A stretch of 63,543 bases of DNA, counting the filler, from Neolecta irregularis DAH-3 (Eukaryota): assembly GCA_001929475.1 (NCBI GenBank). It is 9 parts of 9 records of this genome, joined end to end, with 100 filler letters (N's around TTAATTAATTAA, not from the genome) between each part and the next. Parts side by side here need not be neighbours in the genome. Positions count along the whole stretch, not along the records: positions 24,476 to 45,037 come from LXFE01000264.1; 8 more parts are not named here. One strand, given 5' to 3'. The notes beneath the pieces are model-generated. The model was not told where the DNA came from. It made no database searches and saw nothing but the letters and a program-made list of their open reading frames with translations. Of this stretch, positions 24,760 through 37,339 are shown one piece after another; position 1 is the first letter of the stretch; each line of letters begins with the position of its first letter. The translations under genes were made by a program, and so were the position numbers.

Positions 24760-26396
24760 ATGTCCCGTCCAATTCCTATCAAGAACAGCAGTCGCCGACC
24801 AGCAGAGTCCGAAATAAGTTCTTCGCCGCCTTCAGCCGTCGAAGTAAACTCTTGGCCTACTTATCCCAGTCCTTCGCCCTTTCTAGATTCAAATCTGGCT
24901 ATCTTCACGCGCCGTCAAAGCGATTCTTCAAGATCTACCGTCGCGAAACAATTGAAACCGTTCGCGACTCGCGATATCAAGATCTTGTTGCTAGAGAATA
25001 TCAATCAAGCGGCTCATGATATTTTCAGAAAGCAAGGTTATCAAGTATTTATCCCTTTTTCCGGTATATAGTAACTATCAGGTCGAATCTTTTAATACTT
25101 CACTGCCCGTAGACCAGTTGATTGAAAAGATTCAGTAATAATATTGACGCGGATAACTGACCAGTATTTAGCGATGTTCACGTCATCGGAATCCGATCAA
25201 AAACAAATTTAACCTCTCAAATTCTACAAAACGCGCGAAATCTTGTAGTAGTGGGGTGTTTTTGCATCGGCACCAATCAAGTCAATCTTGAGTTTGCGGC
25301 AAAGAAAGGTATCGCGGTATTCAACTCTCCTTTCAGCAATTCTCGTTCAGTAGCAGAATTGGTGCTTGCCGAGATCGTTTGCTTGGCCAGGCAATTATGC
25401 GAACGCTCAATGGAGATGCACCAAGGTACCTGGAATAAAGTTTCCGCTCATTGCTCGGAAATTCGGGGGAAAACATTGGGAATTGTTGGTTACGGACATA
25501 TTGGCTCCCAACTCTCAGTCTTGGCAGAATCGATGGGAATGAAAGTGATTTATTACGACGTGGTGCCTCTCATGGCTCTCGGAACAGCCAAGCAAATGAC
25601 CAGTTTAAACTGCCTTCTTTCTCTCGCAGATTTCGTTTCTCTTCATGTTCCTGAACTAGCCGAGACCACAAACATGATTGGGCAACCCGAACTCGCGGCT
25701 ATGCAACAGGGATCATACATCATCAATGCTTCACGGGGACATGTCGTTCAGATTCCTGCTTTAATCGATGCAATGAAAAGCGGCCATATAGCGGGTGCGG
25801 CGCTCGATGTATATCCAAATGAACCCGTTGCAAATGGACCTTTGTTTACAAGCCAACTGAACTCTTGGACAGAGGATCTGGTTCATTTGAAAAATTTGAT
25901 ATTATCGCCGCATATTGGCGGAAGCACAGAAGAAGCTCAGAGCGCGATTGGTGCAGAAGTTGGTGAAGCTATTGTTCGATGTACAACTCTGATATTTCCC
26001 ACTTGTGATTTCTGATATTTCTAGATGTTAACGAGGGAGCAACGACTGGTGCTGTCAATTTCCCAGAAGTAAGACTCCGGCCTTTGACCTTGGAAGAAGA
26101 CAACCATGCCAGAGTATACTTATAGTAAACCCACGCTGACCCACAGGTTCTCCATGTCCATCAAAATGTCCCAGGTGTTCTTCGTACTGTTAACGAAATT
26201 CTTTCGGAGCACAACGTCGATAAACAGTTTTCTGATTCCAGGTAGCTTTGTCCTCTGTTTCCCAATTAACTCGCTCAGAGGTCCCATCGCCTATCTCATG
26301 GCTGACGTATCCAATGTCAGCACTAATGAAATTGAGAATCTTTATAAAAAGCTCACAGCCACACCATACAACATTGCGACCCGTTTACTGTATTAA
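24760..26396 (+). CDS. SER3: D-3-phosphoglycerate dehydrogenase
   Basis: IKILLLENIN, GIRSKT, GCFCIGTNQV, VFNSPFSNSRSVAEL, GIVGYGHIG, INASRG, PHIGGSTEEAQ, C-terminal ACT-like region. Confidence 0.96.
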
Positions 26397-26464
26397 GAAA
26401 AGGGTAGGAATTTCAAGAGGTCTTTTGATAGCCAATATGCGAGTCGTATTTATTTAATCATCTA

Positions 26465-26583
26465 TCAATCCGAAAAAGTTCCGGCATAAATATCGGAGAA
26501 ACCCGGAACCAGAAAGTAGGACAAGCAGCATACTTTCTGGTTCCGGGTTTCTCCGATATTTATGCCGGAACTTTTCGGATTGA
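26465..26583. repeat. Near-perfect inverted repeat (54/53-bp arms, 12-nt loop)
   Basis: 26465-26518 is the reverse complement of 26531-26583 except for one A/T indel. Confidence 0.95.
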
Positions 26584-26616
26584 ATAACCTCTCATTTCAT
26601 ACGTCTTTGTAACTGA

Positions 26617-27904
26617 ATGTTTATCCTACGAACCGCTATTCGGTCCGTTCCAAAAAGGCAGTTTTCTACCTCCCAGAGAAGATTTTCTTATGAGGATACC
26701 ATACAGAATCTCAGACTCAACAGCGACACAAAAGTTATCTATCAGGTTTTTATTATTGTTTTTTAAAGCTGACAATCTTAGGGATTCACTGGAAAACAAG
26801 TATGATTCACGGTACAGAGGAATTGATATTAAGCAGCGAGTAGGGGACTTTTCATGCCCAGCAAGGTATGCTTGCTACATCGTTACTACTCATAGCCAAT
26901 CCCAGCAATTGACTATGGGACCAAAGTTGTTGGCGGAGTAAATCCCAAAAAAGCCGGAGAAATACACTTGGGATGTCCTGTATTTGCAAATGTGGCAGAA
27001 GCTATGAAAGCTACTGGAGGTACGATTCATGAGTATCAAATTTGATTTTTACAGCTACTGCAAGTGGAATATTCGTACCACCCCCATTTGCAGCAGATGC
27101 AATCAAAGAGGTATCCCAGTATAATAATCATCTAATCTTTCTAGGCGATAGAGGCTGAACTTCCACTTGTCGTCGCAATCACCGAAGGAATCCCTCAGCA
27201 TGACATGGTCCGAGTAACCCAGATGCTCAAAACACAAAGTAAAACTCGCCTAGTGGGACCCAATTCCCCGGGAATGATTGCCCCAGAACAATGCAAAATT
27301 GGAATTATGCCTTCACACATTCACAAACGAGGCCGCATTGGAATCATTTCGCGAAGCGGGACGTTGACGTATGAAGCTGTGAACCAGACTACGGCTGTTG
27401 GATTGGGGCAAAGCCTTGTAATTGGTATGGGCGGAGATCCTTTTCCAGGAACGATGTTTATCGATGCCCTGAAACTGTTCTTGGAGGACAAGGAGACTGA
27501 GGGTACAACCTTTGGTTTTGGAATTAACTCGTTAGGCATCATTCTGATTGGAGAAATCGGAGGAACAGCAGAGGAAGAGGCTGCAGACTTTTTAAAGACA
27601 CATAATCTAACAAGAAGCGCGCCGAAACCTGTTGTTTCGTTTATTGCCGGTGTAACAGCACCAAAAGGTCGTTTGCCATAATATTACTGCTGATATATGC
27701 AGGCAAACGAATGGGACATGCTGGTGCTATTATTGCTGGAGGCAAAGGCGATGCAAATAGCAAAATCCAAGCTCTGGAAGCCGCAGGAGTGGTTGTTGAG
27801 CGATCACCTGGTTTGAAATTCTCCATTTATGGATTTGAATGACATTTTTAGCACGCCTAGGACAAAGTCTGTATGACGAATTTGTCAAGAAGGATCTTTT
27901 GTAA
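26617..27904 (+). CDS. LSC1: Succinyl-CoA ligase alpha subunit, mitochondrial presequence, many introns
   Basis: [22 protein letters not shown] presequence; [52 protein letters not shown]. Confidence 0.96.
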
Positions 27905-28025
27905 CCGGCCGGAGTAATAAAGAAATAGCATCAATGAATATATCAAGTACATTTGCAAACCGGGGTTAGCTCGAGGTCTTTTCTTGATATATCTCCTTAG
28001 ACCCGAACCGCAAATACTCGTCGTT

Positions 28026-30286
28026 ATGGCTACTCCACCGGATATTAGACCGAGTTTAGAGGAAAGAATTCCTCTAATTCGCACAGCTTCTCGTCCTGGT
28101 ACTGCAATTGCGAGAACCCATGCAGATGTTTTGGAATCCAATTGGGAAACTAAATTCCGGTACTACATCCCGATCGTAGCATGGCTACCGGAATACAAAT
28201 GTACCTTTTCTTTATTTCTCAATCTAACCTTGAGTGGAATATCTTGCCGGAGATTTGATATCGGGCCTAACACTTGCCTGTATGTCAGTTCCAATGGCCT
28301 TGTCATATGCAAAGTATATTATAACTCAGCTGCTGGATTAACTCCCAGAAACCTCGCAAAGATTCCGCCAATCAACGGTCTTTACTCGGCTGCTATTCCG
28401 CCATTAGTCTATGCAATTTTCGGATCCTGCAAACAGATGGTGGTTCAGCCCGAAGCTCCTTTATCGTTATTAGTAGGCGAAGCAATCCGAATGCAACTCC
28501 AGCCTGGCAGTGAATCGGATGAAGCTACTAACATCGCAGCTTTGATTACAGGACTAACAGGCGCTATTGTTACATTGGCCGGTGTCTTTCGTTTAGGGTT
28601 TGTTGATGCCGTATCATTTCTTGCTCAGCTATGTTTAAGATATTAGGTTTTATCCAGAGCTTTACTCAGAGGAGCAATTACCGGCGTCGCAATCCTGATT
28701 TTTGTTGAACAATTGATTATTGAGCTTGGATTGTCGCATCTTGCGTCTGAGAAAGGCATTCTTACGAAAACTGCCGTGGAAAAGTTTGTCTTTTTGTGCA
28801 CTCATATCGAATACTCTCACTTTCTCACTTCTATGGTTTCTTTATGCTCTTTTGTTGTTTTAATGGCTTCGGGGTACTCGTTTCCTTGTTATTTTAAGCC
28901 AACTCTTAGAATCGCTAAAAACAAGGCTCAAGAACGATACAAATGGTCCGTATATATTCCAGATATTCTCCTCGTGGTTATTACAGCTACAGGTAACATT
29001 ATCCTTTTGATTCCATCTAAAAATAGTGCTAACATCAATCTTTGACTGGCACCACCGCGGTATCGCAATCTTGGGCGTCGTCAAAGCTGGAAAAATTCAA
29101 GTTCATCCGCCCTCCCTGGGTCATCTTAGATTATCTCAAAGTACAGCTTTCGTGGTGGCGGTTATGGGGTTTTTTGAGACTTGTCTTGCTGGAAAGTCTT
29201 TGAGTGCAAAATACGGTTATTCCATTAGTACCAATCGTGAACTGACCGCAATTGGTATTCTTACTAAACAGCATATTTCTTACTGGTAAAAGGTATTGCT
29301 AATATCGCATCTTGTTTTTTCACCACCTTACCTGCTTTCGGAGGCTACGGTCGAAGTAAAATTAATGCGTTAAGTGGAGCGAGAACGCAATTATCAGGGT
29401 ACTTTGGCCAATCTGCAATCATTGACACATAGCGTCTTTCTCTCAATCTTTGTTATTCTTTCGATATTTTTCCTTATGCCCTTTTTTCATTATCTACCAG
29501 TAAGCTACTTCTCGTACTGTGCACAGCCGACGTATAGACATGCGTTCTTGCAACAACAGTCTCAGTGGTTGTAGTCTCTATGATAACCGAAGTACCCGAA
29601 GACATTTCTTTCTTCTGGAAAGTTCGCGGGTGGCAAGAACTCGCATTGATGCTCGTCACCTGTTTTCTCACCATTGTCTGGAGTTTGGAACTAGGGATTG
29701 GTGTTGGTGTGGGTTTCAGTGTCTTGATGGTCGTTAAGAATTCGATACATGCGAGAATTTCCATTCAGGGAAAAAAGAAAGGGACAAATGAGTATCAAAG
29801 TGTAGAGGATTATCCAGAGGTATGCATGACAAGAGTTGCCATTGATTAAAAGGAAACCGAACACATTCAAGGATGTTTGATTGTGAAAATCCCGGAGCCG
29901 CTCACGTTCTCTAATACTGCACAATTGAAAGAGCGACTCAGGAGGCTGGAGCATTATGGCCATAGCCGAGTTTTTCCGGGGTTTCCAAGGCAAAGAGACG
30001 AGGAACATAACTCCAATTTTATCTTGGATGTCAAGGATATGGGCGATGTCGATGCCAGGTAAACCTTTTTTTTGCGGGTCTTTTACACAATAGTGCCCTT
30101 CAGATTTTCTTTGAGATTGTCCAAGGCTACAAGAACCAAGCAGTCTTTATCGTTGGACTAAGAAAAGAATTGCAAGACTTATTTGAACGAGCTGGGATTA
30201 TTCGAAGTATTGGAAAGGACCACTTGTGCAGTACTATCAACGAAGCACTGGCACAAGTACAGGCGGGAATTTGGGTTGGAGATTAG
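28026..30286 (+). CDS. SulP/SLC26 anion transporter with STAS domain
   Basis: YYIPIVAWLPEY, DLISGLTLA..VPMALSYA, GLYSAAIPPLVYAIFG, NRELTAIG, PAFGGYGRSKIN, IVKIPEPLTFSNT. Confidence 0.9.
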
Positions 30287-30353
30287 ATTAGCAAAGTACA
30301 TTTATTATACTTTTGGAGGTTTAGTTTCCTCCCCACCATCAACACCTGACCAT

Positions 30354-31094
30354 ATGACATCTATACGGAAACGCTCACTCAGCGTGTCATCCAACGAAAC
30401 CGCCGTTGACCACGAATCAATGTCTTCGTCTTCTTCGCCTCCCCAACATCTCAACAAAGCTTCTCGCACAGAGGAAACTCCAAACGGCAAAGGCTGGTTA
30501 CAATGTACATTACCGCCAACTTGCTCCAAGAAACCTGCCAATTTTCCGTCGGCAGAGGTATATGAATCGTATTTCCACCTCAACGACACTGCTTGAATAG
30601 GTAGGCATTATCAAAGTCAACATATAAATACATGTCATGAATGCCATAAAAATTTCCCATCAATGCGTTACTTAGACTTGCATATCTCTGAGAATCATGA
30701 TGCGCTGGCAGACGCTAGACGAGCTCGGGGGGACAAAACGGTAGGTTTCTTATTCCCAAATAGCTGATCGCAGTACGGCTGTTTTGTAGAGGACTGTCCC
30801 AAGGTCTGTTCGACTTCAAAGACTCGACGATGGCATTTGATTGACAAGCACATGTTTCCTCGGGAATACAGATTCAGTGTAGTGAATACGGGAGTACACG
30901 AGTATACAAGCATGCTTCGCCGAGCACGGATTCACAAGGAATGCGAGTCAATGGATGTTGACAGGAAGAAAAAGGATGTCATAGTTACCGAAGTAGATGT
31001 CAAAGAATTGACAAAAGACCTGGCGGGTGTAAGACTCGTTCCCGCTAATATTCAGTTTGGCAGGAGAGGCGGGAAAGCTGGGTTTCGTGCATAA
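30354..31094 (+). CDS. C2H2 zinc-finger protein (ZNF511-like fungal family)
   Basis: CTLPPTC, CHECHKNFP..LDLHISENHD, YGCFVEDCPKVC..RRWHLIDKHMFP. Confidence 0.75.
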
Positions 31095-31119
31095 TTGCAT
31101 ATATCTTTTGGTGTTTTGG

Positions 31120-32469
31120 TTATGATCTGTACTCTGCATTGATTGAAATGTACTTTATGTTAGCATGGTATTTATCTTCAAGGAATACTTCATGGCTGAA
31201 ATCACAAGTCCACATTCTGGCTGATCCTCCTCCATTTGTGCCTAACGAGACTTTGATCTCTATATCCTCCTCTTTCAATATCTCACTCGCATAACTTTCA
31301 TCGACTTGCACCGGCTCACCGTTTTCTAAAAGAGGCAAATCGCATCCGCCTGTAGTTGATAGAAATGAAACGCTGGTCGTTTGAGGATTCACATCCACTC
31401 CAGCATATCCAATCGCAGCTAATATTCTCCCCCAGTTCGCATCTTGGCCGAAAAGAGCTGTTTTGACAAGAGGCGACTTTGCAATACTAGAGGCGACCTT
31501 TTTGGCGTCATCAGCAGATTTGGCATCCTGAGACATGAGTACTATAGAGATAAAACTTGCCTGGACAGTGATAGCCACGAATTTAGTTGCTCCTTCCCCG
31601 TCTCGGATAACTAACTGAGCCAGCTCCTGGAAGAAACCGGTGATTATCTGCTTGAGCATGCTAAAGTCTGGAGAATTGGTGTGAATGACTGGACCGCCTC
31701 CTTCACCATTCGCGAGTAGAGCTACTGTATCGTTTGTGCTGGTATCGCCATCTACTGTAATTGAATTGAAGCTTTTATCCACAGCATAGGAGATGATTGC
31801 TTTTACTGCTTCGGGAGAAATTGATGCGTCTGTAGCAGCGAAACCAAGAAGTGTAGCCATATTTGGGTGAATCATACCGGCACCTTTAGCAATTCCAGCA
31901 ATTCGAAACTCCTTTCCGCCGAGATTAAAAGTTGACGATCTGAGCTTTGGAAATGTATCTGTCGTACATATTGCATTTGCACATGCAAGCCAGTGTTTAT
32001 GAGTTGACCCAATATTGAGATGCAAATTGGGGATTCCCTTAGTGATTTTGTCAATGACCAATCTTTGACCAATTACACCTGTCGACATCACCAATGTGCT
32101 ATTTTCCGAAAAAAGGAGCTTATCAACTGAATAAGCCATGGCCTCTGCGTCTAAAAGACCATTTTGACCGGTAACTGCATTGGCACAGCCGCTATTAATC
32201 ACGATAGCCCGTATCTTTGAACTTGACTTTGATAGAATCCGCTCGCTTATTATGACTGGAGCCGCCTGGAATACATTTTTCGTAAATAGGGCTGAGGCAG
32301 AACACGGCTTGTCTGATACCAAAAGTGCGAGATCAAGCGATTTTGGGTCTTCCTTGATGCCGATATGTTGACCTCCGACCCTGAATCCGAGTGGATATGT
32401 GCCTGATATAGGAACAAACCGAGCCTTTAAAGTAGAATAGGATTTAAACCAAAAGCTTTTTACGCCCAT
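31120..32469 (-). CDS. ARG7: Ornithine acetyltransferase ArgJ, includes two in-frame introns
   Basis: [34 protein letters not shown] (autocleavage site), [33 protein letters not shown]. Confidence 0.97.
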   Translation of the reverse strand: MGVKSFWFKSYSTLKARFVPISGTYPLGFRVGGQHIGIKEDPKSLDLALLVSDKPCSASALFTKNVFQAAPVIISERILSKSSSKIRAIVINSGCANAVTGQNGLLDAEAMAYSVDKLLFSENSTLVMSTGVIGQRLVIDKITKGIPNLHLNIGSTHKHWLACANAICTTDTFPKLRSSTFNLGGKEFRIAGIAKGAGMIHPNMATLLGFAATDASISPEAVKAIISYAVDKSFNSITVDGDTSTNDTVALLANGEGGGPVIHTNSPDFSMLKQIITGFFQELAQLVIRDGEGATKFVAITVQASFISIVLMSQDAKSADDAKKVASSIAKSPLVKTALFGQDANWGRILAAIGYAGVDVNPQTTSVSFLSTTGGCDLPLLENGEPVQVDESYASEILKEEDIEIKVSLGTNGGGSARMWTCDFSHEVFLEDKYHANIKYISINAEYRS

Positions 32470-32589
32470 CGAAACACAGGATATAAATTATTTGGCGCTT
32501 ATCGTGATGTCATGTTCGCGACCTCACGTGAATTTTGAATTGTCTTTCAACCTTATTGGATAGTAAAACTCTACAGCAATTGAGTATTA

Positions 32590-34044
32590 ATGCGAGGAAA
32601 ACGGGGAGCTTCATCAAATGGTTCTGCGCCAGATTCGTCACCGGGTCGCGGATCTCGCACCAACACACTTCAAGACGAAGGAAACCACTTTAATACTCCT
32701 ACAACTCCTCAAAAGAGTAATAAGACTGCAGGAACAGCGACTCCAAAGAGGTTGCGGGAATTGACGGGCACTCCAAAAACACCTCTGTATAGTTTTGGAA
32801 GGAATCAACAGGTGGTGGTGAATGCAGATCGATCCGCACGCAGGAAAAGTTATAGAAAGTTGATCCAGGATACCCTCGATGAGGGAAATAGTGATCAAGA
32901 AGACGATGAACAAAATGAAATAGTACGCGAGATTGCGGAAAACTCCCAAGACGACAGTAGCGAGGACATTTCTGGTCTCGAATCAGAAGCCGAGATTGAG
33001 AACAAAAAGATTAATCGCGGAACTGGATTTGAAGAATATTTCGCTCAGTTACGAGCCAAAGGAAAAACCTCGAATAACACATTGTCGAAATTACCCCAAT
33101 TGGACCATTCAGAATGTAGACGTCTACTAGACGAAATGGGACCATTTCACCAGGAAGAAACAGACTATCTGCACAGTTCAAAGTGTCATGGTGGCATGTT
33201 TGATCAGTGGATTTTCGAATTATCTTCCGGATTCAACATTCTGCTATATGGATACGGATCGAAAAGACGCTTAATCATGAACTTTGTAGAAAGTCACCTT
33301 TCAAATCAACTCGTTGTCGTAATCAACGGCTACTTTCCATCGATAAATATCAAAGACATTCTACAAATAATTGCCTCTGCCCTCGAAATTAACGTCGGAT
33401 CTGTATCTCAAGATATCTTGAATACAATACTCGCTGAATTACCACATAACTCGATACCCCCATTGACCCTTGTTATCCACAACCTAGACGGCGAAAATAT
33501 TCGTTCAGAAAAATCACAGTCCTACTTATCAATACTCGCATCTCATCCTAAAATTACCCTTCTTGCATCCATTGATCACATAAACGCTCCTCTTCTCTGG
33601 GATATCGCTAAATCTAGCAATTATAACTTTCTATGGCATGAAACAACAACATTTATACCCTATACAATTGAAACTTCCTTTGAAAATAATCTGGTATCAC
33701 AAATCTCTCAAGTCGGAGGCGGAAAAGGCGCAAAATATGTCCTTTCAACTCTGACGCCCAACGCTCGAGGAATTTATCGCCTTCTCCTGGAATCCCAGGT
33801 AAAATTAATGAAAGATACCGAACAGGCAAACGAATCCTTTGGTCTGGAATACAAGAATTGGTATACCCTTAGTTCAAAAGAGTTCCTAGTCAGCAACGAC
33901 ATCAATTTCCGCAATACGTTGACAGAATTTTTTGATCATCGGTTGGTTGTTTCCAAGCGGGATCACGTTGGCGAAGAGATTCTTTGGGTGCCGTTTGAGA
34001 AAAGGGGAGTCGTCCAGATTCTCGAGGACTTGGATGAGATGTAG
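32590..34044 (+). CDS. ORC2: Origin recognition complex subunit 2, single exon
   Basis: FDQWIFELSSGFNILLYGYGSKR, VVINGY, IHNLDG, LASIDHINAPLLWD, LTEFFDHRL. Confidence 0.95.
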   Translation: MRGKRGASSNGSAPDSSPGRGSRTNTLQDEGNHFNTPTTPQKSNKTAGTATPKRLRELTGTPKTPLYSFGRNQQVVVNADRSARRKSYRKLIQDTLDEGNSDQEDDEQNEIVREIAENSQDDSSEDISGLESEAEIENKKINRGTGFEEYFAQLRAKGKTSNNTLSKLPQLDHSECRRLLDEMGPFHQEETDYLHSSKCHGGMFDQWIFELSSGFNILLYGYGSKRRLIMNFVESHLSNQLVVVINGYFPSINIKDILQIIASALEINVGSVSQDILNTILAELPHNSIPPLTLVIHNLDGENIRSEKSQSYLSILASHPKITLLASIDHINAPLLWDIAKSSNYNFLWHETTTFIPYTIETSFENNLVSQISQVGGGKGAKYVLSTLTPNARGIYRLLLESQVKLMKDTEQANESFGLEYKNWYTLSSKEFLVSNDINFRNTLTEFFDHRLVVSKRDHVGEEILWVPFEKRGVVQILEDLDEM

Positions 34045-34413
34045 CTCTAGGCTCGCTCTAATAAATTTGTAGATGAAATTACTGGAGTTGGTTTAAAGGT
34101 TCAAATATATCATTGCGGCTCTATTGACGAATCATTGCATGACAAAACTTTCACTTCATGACTTTTAGGCTGCGATAAAACATTAGAGTGGTTCTCTGCA
34201 TATCGAATTTCTAAACTCTGAAATACGAAGAAATATAGAGTGAGTGCCCACTCGATCAACAAGCGTATAATAGAACACATCAACATCTGACATACGCACT
34301 TCTTAAATCCTCTTGAGCTGTCCTCGTGATGTATCACTGTCCATAGTTGATAGATACAGGTCCTCGCTTACATGGCCCGCGACACTGTCTTCCTGACAAA
34401 CCATGGCTTCGTC

Positions 34414-37075
34414 CTAGCTTTGTGGTGGTTGCCCTGAAGAAGGGAAGCTCATCTTCGATCCGGAAGAACTCCATATATGTCCGGGTGAATGAGCATACAT
34501 GTCCTTTTTCTGAACATCTGGCAACTCCCGGTTTCCATTCATCGGAGTTGCGTGCATCCCATTAAGGTACGGGGAGAATGCCAGACCAGAGAATTCGCTA
34601 CTTGTATTCCACGCCTCTCTAGACGGTTCTTGATGAAGTTGTGGTGGAGACTGAGGCAACTGTTGAGAACTATAGTTGAAAACCTGAGCAAGTAGATCGG
34701 AGACATTTCGCGGTTGACCTGAGTGGTGCTGCGAGGTTGGTCTTTGTACATCCGGCACTGCACGAGTACTTTCTTGAGACGATTGAGATGCAGGCCTATC
34801 ATTCAAACTGCTTTATGAGCAAGAGTTATGCTTACTTGATCGTTCCATTCTTTCTCCGACCAGAGAAAACAATCTGCTCGTCTGTATCTTCCGGTGAAAA
34901 GCTGACATCGAATGTACCACCAGGAACAGCACCGACTAAATCATCGACCATTGCACCCAAAGAGAATGCCATAGATGGCTCTGAATTCACGGATTCAGGT
35001 ATTCGAATTCGACTGGTCTCAAGAACTATATTGGTAGTATCAAATTGCCTCGTGCTATCATGAATTGGAGTTTCACTAATGGTAGTCGTGGTGTCAATAA
35101 ACGGAGAAGCAGAGAACTGCGGTGGGGCAATCGCAAAAGCGTCGATTGGCGTGCTAGCGACTCCGCCAAGATTAACTTGAAAGATTCCATTGATATGAAC
35201 GATTGGAGAATTCTGGACATGTCAAGATTGTGAGAACCACAGGAAATACTGACCAACATTTGTGAAAACTCCATTGCGTCTTCGAGAAGATCTCTTATTC
35301 TCATAAGAGTTTCTTCGTTTGGAAGGATCTGAGTGGCCTTGTCGACCAAACCGTAGAGACCGAGTATATCCCCTTGAACTGCTCTTCCTCGAGTTCCCCC
35401 ATTTAAAGGAACAGAACCACTAGTCTCGATATCTTCTCGAAGAAGATGGGTCAACTGCGGTAACTCTGCAAACGAGACAATCTTGGACAGTGAAGTTAGG
35501 GCCGCCGTCCACGATTCCAAAAAGGCCCCTGAATTCCAAGGCGAGTACTCGGAACTGATTTTCTCAAGAAGAAAGTCCCGGTTGTGCATCAGCCACTTGG
35601 AGGATATTCGCATAGCAGGAAGGAGTCTTCTAGTGACTGCAGATATTCGATCTGCTGGGTATGTTTCCGTATCATATGTGGATAATTCTTGCGAAACAGC
35701 ACACTCGATAACGATAATATCGCTAAGAGTGCCGATTAATTGCAGAGCCCATTGCGTGTACATTTCCTCTTGAGTAGAACGATTCGGGGGATCTATTGTA
35801 AGCATGGACTCTCTAAAGATGTGCACCACTGTTGCGAATATAGCAGATAACGGAGAAACTAGTCATAATAATAGTATGGATCATATCTGAAGATAGAGAG
35901 CGATTGCTAATATCGATTCGTAAACGTTCGAGGAGCTGAGTAACTTCCATCTCGAATTCTGGAAAGCTAACTCATCAGGCCTTGTTCGTTAAGCAAGTCA
36001 TACTCATCAGTTAACTCTATCGACGCAAACAGCGCAGCAAACTGCCATGATATAGCTTCAGAAGCCTGTTCTTCCTGAGTCTTGGCTTTTGTTTCACGCT
36101 TTCCACCCTTTTTGACATCGTGTGGTTCGGGCTTTCCTCTCATCGCCTTCTTAAATCCCATAACCATGTTATCTCGACTCGTAGGAAAGGGTTCGAGGGC
36201 GGATAAGGCTCTGAGACAATAATAAGTCGAGTTGAGAATATTGCCATCGTTTGTCGCCAATACTGCGAGCTGGTTGAATGGCACACCAGAGTTTGGGTTG
36301 ACGAAACGAGATAGATTGTAATAATTAAAGGCGTGAGTCCATTTCTTCCCATGCTTCTTCTTATCAAGAGAATACTGCGCTCTGTACCTAGACAGATCCC
36401 CAAGATATACTAAAGATCGATGGACCGAATCGAGGACACTGCGCTTGAGGTGATGGGGGAGATTACATGGCGAATCCAGTTCTGGGGCTTGCAATGAGCA
36501 TGGATCCCATCTTTCTGCTATACCTTCAAGTTGAATCGATTTCATAATATCCACCAACTCGACAAGTCTGAAGTGCGAAACTAAACGTTGAAGAAAGGTG
36601 CGGTAAAACCTTGAAGCATTTTTGAGGAATGATGAAAACTCATTCGTCGACTTTCTAGTTTCGACAGGCTTCTGTCTCCCATTCAACTGGCGAACCTAAA
36701 CAGATAAATATCATAATAGAAATATTGACTTACCTTTTCGACGTGTTTTCGAAACACATCCATCACCCGATGATGACATCGCATCCAAAGATATTTCGAC
36801 TCGATCTCTTGCTGGACAGCGAATTCAAAATCCAGGAATATAACATTTTCATAAGACTGGGATAACCTATGCCCGATTAACGCGAGCAACCGGCAACTTT
36901 AACATACTTTCCTAAGATATACTGTACATCCGCGAAATTTGGATCTGGTTTCTTCAAGACAACTCTCAGTTCTTTCTCAAGATCTCCAGCTTGCCTGAAA
37001 GATGTCAGGAGATAGTAGAGAATATAATGACCTGAAAGCATCTTCCGCTCGAGTTGTATCGAACTCGATATCCAT
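34414..37075 (-). CDS. Est1/Ebs1/SMG7-family protein (telomerase or NMD factor)
   Basis: LW..CH, KPVETRK...FLK...FY, SLVYLGDLSRYR, PNSGVPFNQLAVL, YYCLRAL..PFP..RDN; low-complexity C-terminus. Confidence 0.85.
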
Positions 37076-37339
37076 GCCGTTAAGTGAGCTTCATCCGAGT
37101 ACTGAAAGGTGCCGACTTAAATATGGCTGTGCATAGAACAATCAAAGTGATATTGACAAAATGGCAGTGGTAGGAAACTGGAGGATGAGTTGGTGGGGAG
37201 TGAAAATCACCGCGCGCTGAAGCTCCGCTACTCATGGCTCAAAATCAGCCGTAATTTATAAACTAGCAGCTCAATGAAAGAGATAATTTTCCCTTGCCAA
37301 ACTCCAGAGTCAATACCAATATCGTGATACGAAGTTGTA

